From Bacteroidia bacterium (GTDB lineage Bacteria; Bacteroidota; Bacteroidia; SpSt-205): 64,000 bases of DNA. This document shows positions 1 through 8,851 of the stretch, one piece after another (position 1 is the stretch's first letter; every line of letters starts with the position of its first letter). The notes under the pieces are model-generated. The model worked only from the letters and a program-made list of their open reading frames with translations. It was not told the origin of the DNA and did not search any database. The stretch is taken from assembly GCA_026003235.1 (NCBI GenBank), contig BPGW01000004.1, positions 2,711-66,710 on the forward strand, written 5' to 3'. A program made the position numbers and the translations under genes.

Positions 1-1230
1 AAGGGTGTGTCGCATCCAGGAGCGTTCTCCCAAGCGGTAAGCTTCGTACCACCGCAGAAATCGCCACCAGACCAGCTCACGTTCGCGTAGTCGTTCTCGT
101 TTAATCCACCCCTCTACCTCTCTACGCCAAGTCCCTACGTCCACTGAGTGGTTTAGCACGAGCGTGGTGTACACGCTGCAGGCGGTGCCGAGCCGCGAAC
201 CGATGTTCTCGGCGCTTTCAAAGACGTGGTGGTAGAGGTCAGTTTTATGTTTGTGCCACAGCGCGTAGGCGGCCGTCCATTGGGCTCGCGAAACCAGGTA
301 ACCCAGCTGAATGGCTTGGCTGCTTTGGTAGAGCTGGACTGTACGGGGGGTCGTCAGAAATTGTCCGGCGCTCCAGCGCTTTTCCCAGGCTTCGTACCAT
401 TTTTCGTACCAGTCCCAGGCCTGGGCATTTAGGAGGGTAATGCCCAAGTTAGTCCATTGCAATACCCGGTGAAACTCCCGATAAGTGGAAAACAAGCCAG
501 GGGGGCTACATTCCAGCCGTTCTACCAGCGCGAGGGCTTCTGACAAAGCCTCCAGGTGGGCGGATTGCCCGGCGGCTCGCAAAAGCGCCGCATACCCTTC
601 AAAGTATAACGACCAGCCCTCCGACTCCGGAAGGGAGGGCAAAATCCACCCTTTGATCAAACGAGATTCCACATACTGCTCCGCTTCAGAAAATTTCTGC
701 TGCAAAGCGGTGTAGCGTTTTCTTAAGAGGTCTATAAGCCGAGCTGTCCATTGCTCGACCGACACCGAGGGAGCGAACTTGTGTAGATCGCGAGCGTAGT
801 GCTCCAACAAGAAAAGCCCCCACAAGGCTACTTCATACCATCCTTTCTCTACAGCGCTGGAAAAAGCCTGCCACCACAGCGTCTCGGCGATGGGGATTTC
901 AGCCCGTTGCCACAGCACCACGCTGGCCCAAAAGCGTTGCCAGATGCGCACCTCTTGGCGCACCAACGGACTTTGGGCAAGCACCGCTTCAACGATGTCC
1001 CACAATTGCCGCTTGTACACGCGCAAAAGCCGAGGATCCTTACCGCCAAAGCGCTGCTGATAGGCTTTTTGCAAGGCCTCTTCGGAATAGGTTTCCATGG
1101 CTTGAAGGGTTACATACAGCCATTCCAGTCGGGTCTCAGCGACCCTTTTGGCTACTTCGTTGGCCTCTTGAGAAGAAAGACTACGCACAATTCGCCACAG
1201 GTCAGCCGGCGCCAAGCGCTTCTCCGCCAT
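1..1230 (-). CDS. Uncharacterised helical, Trp-rich protein (>400 aa), 3' end outside window; candidate regulator
   Basis: Not in the ORF track because it has no stop in the window. Manual translation from ATG 1230 gives MAEKRLAPADLWRIVRSLSSQEANEV...LYVTLQAMETYSEEAL...DPRLLRVYKRQLWDIVEAVL, open to position 1. A TATATTTG box lies 4 nt upstream. Confidence 0.8.
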   Translation of the reverse strand, partial: MAEKRLAPADLWRIVRSLSSQEANEVAKRVAETRLEWLYVTLQAMETYSEEALQKAYQQRFGGKDPRLLRVYKRQLWDIVEAVLAQSPLVRQEVRIWQRFWASVVLWQRAEIPIAETLWWQAFSSAVEKGWYEVALWGLFLLEHYARDLHKFAPSVSVEQWTARLIDLLRKRYTALQQKFSEAEQYVESRLIKGWILPSLPESEGWSLYFEGYAALLRAAGQSAHLEALSEALALVERLECSPPGLFSTYREFHRVLQWTNLGITLLNAQAWDWYEKWYEAWEKRWSAGQFLTTPRTVQLYQSSQAIQLGYLVSRAQWTAAYALWHKHKTDLYHHVFESAENIGSRLGTACSVYTTLVLNHSVDVGTWRREVEGWIKRERLRERELVWWRFLRWYEAYRLGERSWMRHTL

Positions 1231-1234
1231 AAGC

Positions 1235-1242
1235 CAAATATA
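1235..1242 (-). promoter_or_regulatory. Bacteroidota -7 promoter element (TATATTTG)
   Basis: Matches TAnnTTTG; 4 nt before ATG 1230. Confidence 0.7.
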
Positions 1243-1352
1243 CTAAATGAGCGTCACCTGCGACTCTCGTGATGTTTTCGAGCTTCTCTCAAGCAAGCCT
1301 ATCGTTATACTAAGTCACAGAAAACAAGTGCGCTCTCAAGGGGAATTTACCC

Positions 1353-1360
1353 TACGTTTG
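1353..1360 (+). promoter_or_regulatory. Bacteroidota -7 promoter element (TACGTTTG)
   Basis: Matches TAnnTTTG; 5 nt before ATG 1366. Confidence 0.7.
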
Positions 1361-1365
1361 TACCG

Positions 1366-3733
1366 ATGCGATCGCGCTGGTTCGTTTTACTGGCGAGTTG
1401 GGTGTGGGCTCAAGGCAACTTCGGCATTGGAACGACCACCCCTACAGAGCGGCTTGATGTAGAAGGAGGACGGCTCCGCGTGCGAGCCTACAGCGGTACA
1501 GGAACCCGGTTAGCTACCGTAGACCCCACAGGGGTGTTTGGTACGCTTGCGGGTACGGCGCCTGGCGACGTGCTTCAGTGGAATGGAACTGCTTGGGTGC
1601 CTGCTGCCCTTGCGACCGGCGGCGACAACTGGGGCACGCAGACGGCTGTTACCAGCGCGCCTATTACAGGTGATGGTACGGCAGGTAGCCCTATTGCGTT
1701 GCAGCCTGGTACGGCGGCGGGCCAGACGCTGGTGTGGAATGGGACGGCCTGGACGATAGGTTCAGCGCCGGGAGACAATTGGGGCACGCAGACGGCTGTT
1801 ACCAGCGCGCCTATTACAGGTGATGGTACGGCAGGTAGCCCTATTGCGTTGCAGCCTGGTACGGCGGCGGGCCAGACGCTGGTGTGGAATGGGACGGCCT
1901 GGACGATAGGTTCAGCGCCGGGAGACAATTGGGGCACGCAGACGGCGGCTACCAGCGGGCCGATTGTGGGCAACGGTACGGCGGGCAGTCCGATAACCTT
2001 TGCGCCGGGGACGGCGGCGGGGCAGGTCTGGCAATGGAATGGGACGAGCTGGGTGCTTAGTACGGTAGCTGCCGCAGGCGACAATTGGGGCACGCAGACG
2101 GCTGTTACCAGCGCGCCTATTACAGGTGATGGTACGGCAGGCAGCCCTATTGCGTTGCAGCCTGGTACGGCCCCCGGGCAGATCCTTGTCTGGACCGGCG
2201 CGGCCTGGAGCGTGGCTACGCCAGCCGTACGCAACGGGCTCTCCTTCACCAGTACGCCTACCCCGGCTATTGAGATGGGCGGTCCTCTCATCAAAAACAC
2301 CGATGTAGCTCTGAGTGGATTCTTATTCACGCTGAGTGGAAACGGTCGGGTAGGAATCGGGTTAGCTGCCCCCAGCGCTACGAGCAAACTGCACATTCGC
2401 AACACCGACATTACGGGGGGGCCAGGGGTGCTCATTGAGCAGCAGGCTACGGCAGGCACACACGGCCTCTCGGTCTTCACCAGCAGTAGTACAGCCAGCA
2501 CCGCCGCTGTCCGTGGCGAACACCTCAACACTACCGCAGGCGTGTATGGAGTAGCGGGCACCGTCAGCAGCAGTAGCAATTCCAGTGCGGGCGTCTTTGG
2601 GCAGAGTACGGGGGCAGGCTTCGGCGTCTACGGCATCAATACAGGCACGGGACATGGCGTCTATGGCATCGCTAACCACACGACCATAGCCAGCAGCGGC
2701 GTGGGGGTCGTGGCCACCCACTCGCACAACCTGGGTAGCGGGCCTGATTGCTATTGGCGGGGCCACTTACTACCCCCGGCGCCATTCTGAGGCCTGGGTC
2801 ACTTCAGGGGATGCCATCGACGCCGTAGGGTCGCTGGATCGGCACCTGGGGCGACGCCTGCCTCACAACCTGCAGCGTGGCTCGGCTCACCCAGATCGGT
2901 AGGTATAGTTGGCACAGCCGGGCTTTCCTTGCGCCCCCCGGCAGCGAGTACCCCTACTGAGCGAATCGGCGTTTGTGGGCACCTACTCCTTATGAGGGCG
3001 TAGGCGTGCAGGGCCAGGCCTATGGACCTTGCTTCCATGGGCCCTCTGGACTGATTGCCGCCTTACCCGCTGGCTATACGTAGATGTGGGGGTCTTTGGT
3101 AGCGCCGGGGATGCGGCTCTCCTGGGCGGTGTAGCAGGGTATTTTGATTGGGATGTAGACATCGGCGGCGATCTTAATGTAGCAGGCACAAAGTCCTTCT
3201 TCATTGACCATCCCCAAAAGCCGGCCACCCACTACCTGCGGCATTTCTGCGCGGAGGGCCCAGAACCCAACACCCTCTATCGCGGGACCGTCACCCTGGA
3301 TAGCCAAGGCGAAGCGGTTGTGGAGCTACCCGGCTACTTTGAGAGCCTCAACGCCGACTTCTCGTATCATCTCACTTGTGTAGGCGACTATGCACCGGTG
3401 TACATCAAGCAAAAAATCCAGGGTAATCGTTTCATCATTGCGGGGGGAAAGCCGGGTTTAGAGGTATCTTGGCTCGTGATAGCTCGGCGCAACGATCCCT
3501 ATTGGCGAGCTCGGCCAGAGAGCCAGCAGGTTGAGATCCCTAAGGAGCCTGATAATGTAGGCAAGTACCTGCATCCCGAGCTGTATGGGGCGCCGCCTTC
3601 GGCCCGGGCCGCCTATCGCCGTGGGCATACCCTGGAAGAAATTCGTGCCTACAAAGCCGCTGCCCTGAAAAACGCCACCCCTACTCGTCAGCTTCGCTAT
3701 GCGGAACCTGCTGCTCGTTTCCCTCGGCGCTGA
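1366..3733 (+). CDS. Secreted phage-tail-fibre-like repeat protein, frameshifted several times at ~2740-3080
   Basis: ORFs 1366..2790 and 3029..3733 join. Signal peptide ...WVWAQ; GNFGIGTTTP and GRVGIGLAAP motifs; four ~50-aa repeats; GV(Y/F)G repeats; C-terminal KSFFIDHP...YLRH...YRGTVTLD...VSW domain of the kind seen at the end of fibre-like proteins. Confidence 0.7.
1621..2220 (+). repeat. Intragenic tandem repeat, 4 units of ~150 bp (GDNWGTQTAVTSAPITGDGTAGSPIALQPGTAAGQTLVWNGTAW...)
   Basis: Units start at 1621, 1771, 1921 and 2077. Units 1 and 2 are nearly identical at DNA level; unit 3 is diverged. Confidence 0.95.
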
Positions 3734-5100
3734 GCTTCTTTGGGCGCAGCCCCTGGCCGTGAATACCGGCGTGCCGTTACGGCTGGAGCCAGGTGGCGTC
3801 GTCTGGTGCGAGGGCAGCTGGCTCAATGGCGTGGGGGGCACTTTCCAGAACTCCGGCACCGTCTACATCTCAGGCGATATACAAAACGACGACCCTGGAC
3901 AGCTCTTTGTGGGGGGAGGGGCAGCTGGAACCCTCGTACTCCAGGGCGGCTTCCAAACCCTTCGGGGCACGCAGCCTATCCGGACGGATACGATTCGCCT
4001 GGTAGGGGTAGGACCCAAGGTGCTGGCTACGGATCTGTATATAGACGGCCAGCTTGAGCTGGGTGATGCGGAACTGCGCACCCAGACCTACAAAGCCATG
4101 GTACGCAATCCTGACCCCTTGGCTATCACGCGCCAGAATGGATTTGTCTCCAGCGATCAGGGGGGCTACCTGGAGCGGTGGACAGACCGCACCGCTACGT
4201 ACCTTTTTCCGGTGGGAGGGCACACGCCGCTGCGTTACCGACCGGCCTTGCTTACCCCCTCTTCGGGGGCGCCCCATCGCTGGGCGGTGCGCCTGGCTAA
4301 TGTAGACCCAACCTCGGAAAACCTCCCTCGCAGCCAACGAAGCCCCACCTTGTGCGAAATCAATCCCCTCTATTACCACTATGTAGACCGACTTGCTGGG
4401 GCGGATGCGGCTACGATTACGCTTACCTACGATCCGGCTGACCCCATCAAAGGCCCCATCGCCCAATGGAAAACCCAATGGGAACCTACCCCAGCTGCTG
4501 GGGGACCGGGTCCAACCGAATGGACGCTGGCAAGTTGGAGCGACTTCTCCACCCCGAACTTCGCTTTCTCAGCGCTTGCTTTGACTTCTCAAATCACGGC
4601 GTCGGCGGATACCCTTGCCCCTGGGGAGCCGGTCCAACTTACTGCGCTGGTGGCCCCTCCGCAGCCTGGGTTCACATACACTTGGCTGCTGGGCGATGGA
4701 CGAACCGCCACCGGCAGCCCCATCAGCCTCTCCTACGCTGAGCCGGGCGAATACGAGGTGACTCTCATCGTGACTTCTCCAGAAGGATGCCAAGACACCG
4801 CCACATACCGCCTCATCGTTCGGGAGACGGCGTTGTATATCTTCAATACTTTTTCCCCCAATGGCGATGGTATAAATGACGTGTGGCAAGTATCGGCCCA
4901 AGGATTTCGCCAGGTGCGCTGGCGCATCTACGATCGGTGGGGCTTGCTCATTACGGAGGGCCAGGGGTCTCAGATCCGGTGGGATGGCACCAAACAGGGT
5001 CAGCCTTGCGCAGAAGGGGCCTACATATACCTTATTGAGTTGGAAAAAGCCGATGGAACCGTTGAAAAACCATGCAGGCACGCTGACCCTCTTACGCTGA
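3699..5100 (+). CDS. T9SS type B (gliding-motility-associated CTD) cargo with PKD domain
   Basis: Signal peptide ...LLWAQ; PKD (YTWLLGDG...SY..PGEYEVTL); CTD IFNTFSPNGDGIND..IYDRWG..WDG..G.Y.Y. The true end HAGTLTLLR* (5100) is reached via a frameshift in the A-run near 5066. Confidence 0.85.
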
Positions 5101-5118
5101 ACCCCCTTCTAAAAAGGG

Positions 5119-5156
5119 AAAGGCCCTTCACCTTGGCTATGGGGTGAAGGGCTTTC
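5119..5156. terminator. Intrinsic (probably bidirectional) terminator hairpin
   Basis: aaggcccttcacc...ggtgaagggcttt, between the convergent CDS and tRNA-Leu. Confidence 0.65.
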
Positions 5157-5201
5157 TCTCTTGATTTCGCCTGAGACTGATGTAAACTCAAGCGAGAAGA
5201 G

Positions 5202-5285
5202 TGCCCAGAAGGAGACTCGAACTCCTACGGCCTTTCGGCCACCGCCCCCTCAAAGCGGCGCGTCTACCAATTCCGCCATCTGGGC
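5202..5285 (-). tRNA. tRNA-Leu(GAG)
   Basis: Revcomp GCCCAGATGGCGGAATTGGTAGACGCGCCGCTTTGAGGGGGCGG...GTTCGAGTC...CTGGGCA; long variable arm; CCA not encoded. Confidence 0.95.
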
Positions 5286-5286
5286 G

Positions 5287-5359
5287 TGACTCCGCTGGGA
5301 CTCGAACCCAGGACCCCTTGCTTAAAAGGCAAGTGCTCTACCGGCTGAGCTACGGAGTC
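5287..5359 (-). tRNA. tRNA-Lys(TTT)
   Basis: Revcomp GACTCCGTAGCTCAGCCGGTAGAGCACTTGCCTTTTAAGCAAG...GTTCGAGTCCC...GGAGTCA; CCA not encoded. Confidence 0.95.
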
Positions 5360-5374
5360 TCGCTCCGTGCGGGG

Positions 5375-5382
5375 CAAAGATA
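5375..5382 (-). promoter_or_regulatory. -7 promoter element (TATCTTTG) for the tRNA pair
   Basis: TAnnTTTG 15 nt upstream of the tRNA-Lys 5' end. Confidence 0.7.
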
Positions 5383-5389
5383 CAACGAT

Positions 5390-6926
5390 TTACTGAAATA
5401 CAAGGAGGCGTTGGGTTCTTCCGAGCCGATCTTGGCACACATAGACGCCGGCCACGACGGGCGCCCGGCAGTCTTCTGGCTGCTCCCATATCCCTATTTG
5501 GCGGCCTTGGACATCCCACACCTGAATAGGCCAGTGAGGTTGGCCTTGGAGGTGGAGTAGCTGGCCGGCCTGAGCTGCTGAGGGGGAGAGACGCCAAGGG
5601 AAGGGGGCTTGGGCTGCGTTCAGGCTTAGCACTGCGGACGCTGTCTCCAGCCGCACGAAGAGGCACCCCTTGAGTTGGGAGGGCACCCACTCAAGACCGC
5701 TCTGCACATATACCCGTGGCGTTCCTTCATAGCCGCTGTCCCATCCTACCCCCAGGGGCTGGCCGTCTGCCTGGATGAAGCCTATGCCCACCTCTCCTGA
5801 GACGACTACGGGGGTATCCAGCGCATACCAGGTGAAGCCCCCCAAGCTATCCACCTGGACCCGCGCAAACTGGCTATACAGCGGTCTTGTGCCCTCGCTT
5901 AGCTGCCACACGCCGAGCTGGAAGGGCTTGCCGTATTGGGTGGGAACGGGGAAGAACCGCACCCCTACGCGTGTGATGGCGGCCGGGGTGTCAAGGGAAA
6001 AGACTTGACAGAAAGCCCGATCGGCTTCCCGGAGGCCATACCCCGCTTCCATTTCCCCATCGTCATAGCCCCAAGTGGAAGCGGTGATCCTGAGGGTATC
6101 CGTCAGCACCAGGGAGTCGCCTTGCGCAGGAGCTGTAAGGCTCCAGGTGAGGGTGTAAGTTCCCGCAGCTAAGGGTGGGAGCGGTCCAAACCGTAGGGTG
6201 TCGGTTCCCCCAGAAACAAGGCGGGCGAGAGTGGCGTAAGGCGCAGAGTTTACCTCAAGCCGGGCTTGGACCAGCAGGGGGGTCGGACTGAGCAGGGTGG
6301 CGGTAAGGCTATCCTGGGGGGTATACCTGCTGGGCCAAGTGCTGTACACTTGGTCGTAGAGGCGGGGTAGGCGCTGCCACACGGGCCGCCGAAGTAAGGT
6401 ATCAGCCCAGACGTAGGTGTAGGCGATGAGCCAGTTATCGTAGGGGCCGTAGGTGCTGCCCCAGGTGGTCCACTTGAGGCGGAAGCAGGGGTGTTGGAAG
6501 GCGGGGTCTTCCAGGGGGAGGTTTACGGTCGTGAAGGCGGTATCAGGGCTCATGGAGCCGGTGGTTTGCCAGAGGAGGCGCCATTCGCCGCTGCGGGTCA
6601 GGCCCCAGAGGGCAAGCGTGTCGTCCTGTTTCGGGAGGGTCCATCAGCCCACCTCGCTGGTAAGCAAAAGAGACCCATACAGGCAGTTGAGGCGGGGCTA
6701 TGCAGGGGCTTTGGGCGCTGTCGGCGTAGCCACTCAAGCGGGGGTTATCGGTTTGGTAGGGCAGGCCTGAGCGGTTTGCGCCATTCAGCAAAAGACAGAA
6801 AGCCCGCGGCGCCTGGTAAGCGGAGGTCTTTCGGATTTCAGCCCCATAGAAGGTCCAAACAGGGGATGTTTCGCCCCATTCGGCGGTGAGGGGGAAAAGT
6901 TGGAGCCACACCCAGAGATAGGTCAT
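5390..6926 (-). CDS. Putative T9SS type A cargo protein (frameshifted near 6590)
   Basis: ORFs 6543..6926 and 5390..6553 join; GYDDGEMEAGYG motif; C-terminal LSP...VWDVQGRQI...AGVY...QRLLV CTD-like segment. Confidence 0.65.
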
Positions 6927-7714
6927 TCGGAAGGGGTAGAGGGGGGCGGCCCGTTGACAAAGAGGTCTATGGCCGCGCCGGCCGGCAGCGAATCCTCCGG
7001 CACCCGTTCGGGGTACTGCCGGTACACATAACCTGGGGGCACCTCGGGCTGGGGCTTATAGCGAATGTGGCCTACTTTCAGGCCCGCTGCGTTGATGCGG
7101 GCTACAGCTTCCTCCATAGGCAGGCCCACCACAGACACAAAGGGCACCTTGACATCACTTAGCCCCCGACTCACCACCAGGTCCACGGTAGCGTAGCGGG
7201 GTATAGGCTGACCCGCTTCTATGGGCTTGCCTTGATAGCGCACTTCCACCACGATATCGGGCACCGAACCTCTCACATAGATCACTTCCCCGATGCGGAA
7301 GCCGTAGCTTTCCCGCAGCAGGCGATGAGCCTGTTCGTAAGGCAGGTCCTTCACTTGAGGGAAGGAAATCTGCGGGGGAGTGGAGCCGGCTACGGTAAGG
7401 TAGATTTTGCGACCTTTTTTGATGCGGGTATTGGGAGGCGGGTCCTGAAGGAGGATTGTCATGGGAGGGGTTTCGGGTACATACTGCGAGTCCAAGAGTA
7501 CTGGCGAGAACCCTGCTTCTGTTAGGGCTTTCGCTACTTGGGCATACGGGCGACCTCTTAAGTTAGGGAGGCGGTATGCTTCTCCGCTTCGGGTGAGCCA
7601 CGGGAGCAGTACCTCAAGAAACGCCACATAACTAAGCAAAAGAGCCAAGAAGCTCAGGACCAGAAAAAGCTTTCCTTCTTTTCGGGAGAGGTAGGCTCGC
7701 CATTCTCGCCACAT
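6923..7714 (-). CDS. Membrane-anchored PASTA-domain protein (3 repeats)
   Basis: N-terminal TM helix; LPNLRG / FPQVKD / FVSVVGLP repeats with QDPPP and QYPE motifs. Confidence 0.85.
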   Translation of the reverse strand: MWREWRAYLSRKEGKLFLVLSFLALLLSYVAFLEVLLPWLTRSGEAYRLPNLRGRPYAQVAKALTEAGFSPVLLDSQYVPETPPMTILLQDPPPNTRIKKGRKIYLTVAGSTPPQISFPQVKDLPYEQAHRLLRESYGFRIGEVIYVRGSVPDIVVEVRYQGKPIEAGQPIPRYATVDLVVSRGLSDVKVPFVSVVGLPMEEAVARINAAGLKVGHIRYKPQPEVPPGYVYRQYPERVPEDSLPAGAAIDLFVNGPPPSTPSE

Positions 7715-8169
7715 GCCGGTAGAAGCCGCTCAAAGGTACGATGTTGGAGCGTTTCCACCCATTTCGTCAACTGGCGGGGCGAGAGGGCAGAGAAAAAGTC
7801 CTCAAGCACCTCTTTGCGCAGGGCCGCTATCTCCTCAAGGAGGCTGTAGGTTTTAGGTAAGAGGCGTACCAGCAGGCGCCGCCGGTCTCGTTTGTCTCGT
7901 ACCATTTCTATGAAGCGCCAGTAGGCCAGATGGCGAAGGATGCGCCCTACCGCCGGTTGGGTCAGAGAAAAGTAAGGGTACAGCAGACGAACCGGAATCC
8001 ACCCCGCATGGAGGCTTTGTAAGCGATGCAGGACGAAAAGCACTTCTATGTGGGTAGCCCCTAACTGATGCCGCCCAGCTACCTCCTTTTCTTTCCGCTG
8101 GAGCTGACTGTACACCTGCAAAAGCGAAAAACCTAACTCATTCCATAGTTGGGCTTTATTACGCCGCAT
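7654..8169 (-). CDS. MarR-family transcriptional regulator
   Basis: LTQPAVGRILRHL helix-turn-helix and the DKRDRRRLLVRL wing. Confidence 0.8.
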   Translation of the reverse strand: MRRNKAQLWNELGFSLLQVYSQLQRKEKEVAGRHQLGATHIEVLFVLHRLQSLHAGWIPVRLLYPYFSLTQPAVGRILRHLAYWRFIEMVRDKRDRRRLLVRLLPKTYSLLEEIAALRKEVLEDFFSALSPRQLTKWVETLQHRTFERLLPACGENGEPTSPEKKESFFWS

Positions 8170-8203
8170 GTTGGGAGGGGCAGCAAAAATCGTGCCCTTC
8201 CTG

Positions 8204-8230
8204 CTAAGGTGCTGATTTTCAGGAGTTTAG
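8204..8230. promoter_or_regulatory. Spaced palindrome CTAA-N4-CTGA-N3-TCAG-N4-TTAG upstream of marR; candidate protein-binding site
   Basis: Dyad read directly from the 64-bp intergenic region. Confidence 0.5.
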
Positions 8231-8233
8231 GGT

Positions 8234-8851
8234 TTAGCCGGTTTTCCACAGGTAGGGGCCCAGGGTAAAGAAGAGTATACTTTGGGCGACACCTACCAGG
8301 ACCAAGGGCAGCAGGGGAGGGCGGGTATGAAAAAGCACCCACAGAAGGGGGAAAAGCAGCAAAGGGAATCCCAGGATAGCCGCCAGCGCGTACGAACCGT
8401 TCACTCGGGCGGAGAGGAAAGCGCTCATCAGCAGAGGCACTGATAGCGTGAATCCTGTTGTCAGGGTCAGATCCAGGGGAGGGGCACTCTTCCAGAAAAA
8501 CGCCGCTCCTGCGGCAAGCGCGAGCCCTACGCCTACGGCTATGGAGACCGCAAAGAGCCACAAGCCTGCAAGCCCTCCTTCAGGGGAGACCAGGGCGTGC
8601 AGCCAGCGCCACTCTTCGGGGCGCCGCTCCAGGAGGGGGCGTGGGATAGCCTGAAAAAGAGAGAAAAGATAGCTAATCCAGAAAAGCAGCGGCGTATGGG
8701 CTTCAGAAAGGGGGATTTTTCGTTGGGACAGGCCCACGAGCAAAATAAGCAGGGCCAGAAAAAGGAGGGTCGTACCGATGCCGTGACCTTGTCTTTTTTC
8801 CAGGCGCCACCACCATCGGGCTGTCCATAAAGCTTCGGCAGGCCAACGCAT
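8234..8851 (-). CDS. ccmB: Heme exporter protein CcmB-like membrane protein
   Basis: Multi-TM; LFWI..LFS and 'AAILGFPLLLFPL' pattern typical of Bacteroidota CcmB. Confidence 0.6.
   Translation of the reverse strand: MRWPAEALWTARWWWRLEKRQGHGIGTTLLFLALLILLVGLSQRKIPLSEAHTPLLFWISYLFSLFQAIPRPLLERRPEEWRWLHALVSPEGGLAGLWLFAVSIAVGVGLALAAGAAFFWKSAPPLDLTLTTGFTLSVPLLMSAFLSARVNGSYALAAILGFPLLLFPLLWVLFHTRPPLLPLVLVGVAQSILFFTLGPYLWKTG

Noticed and set aside
226..1272. Plus-strand ORFs at the window start
   Set aside because: Antisense to the long minus-strand ORF starting at 1230, which has a promoter box.
1621..2220. Tandem repeats as a CRISPR array
   Set aside because: In-frame 150-bp coding units with no unique spacers and no cas genes.
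1366..3733. Prophage
   Set aside because: The fibre-like gene has a Sec signal peptide and a host promoter; no capsid, terminase, integrase or lysis genes are in the window.
5201..5690. ORFs 5201..5560 and 5322..5690
   Set aside because: They overlap two tRNA genes and the T9SS cargo gene; spurious.
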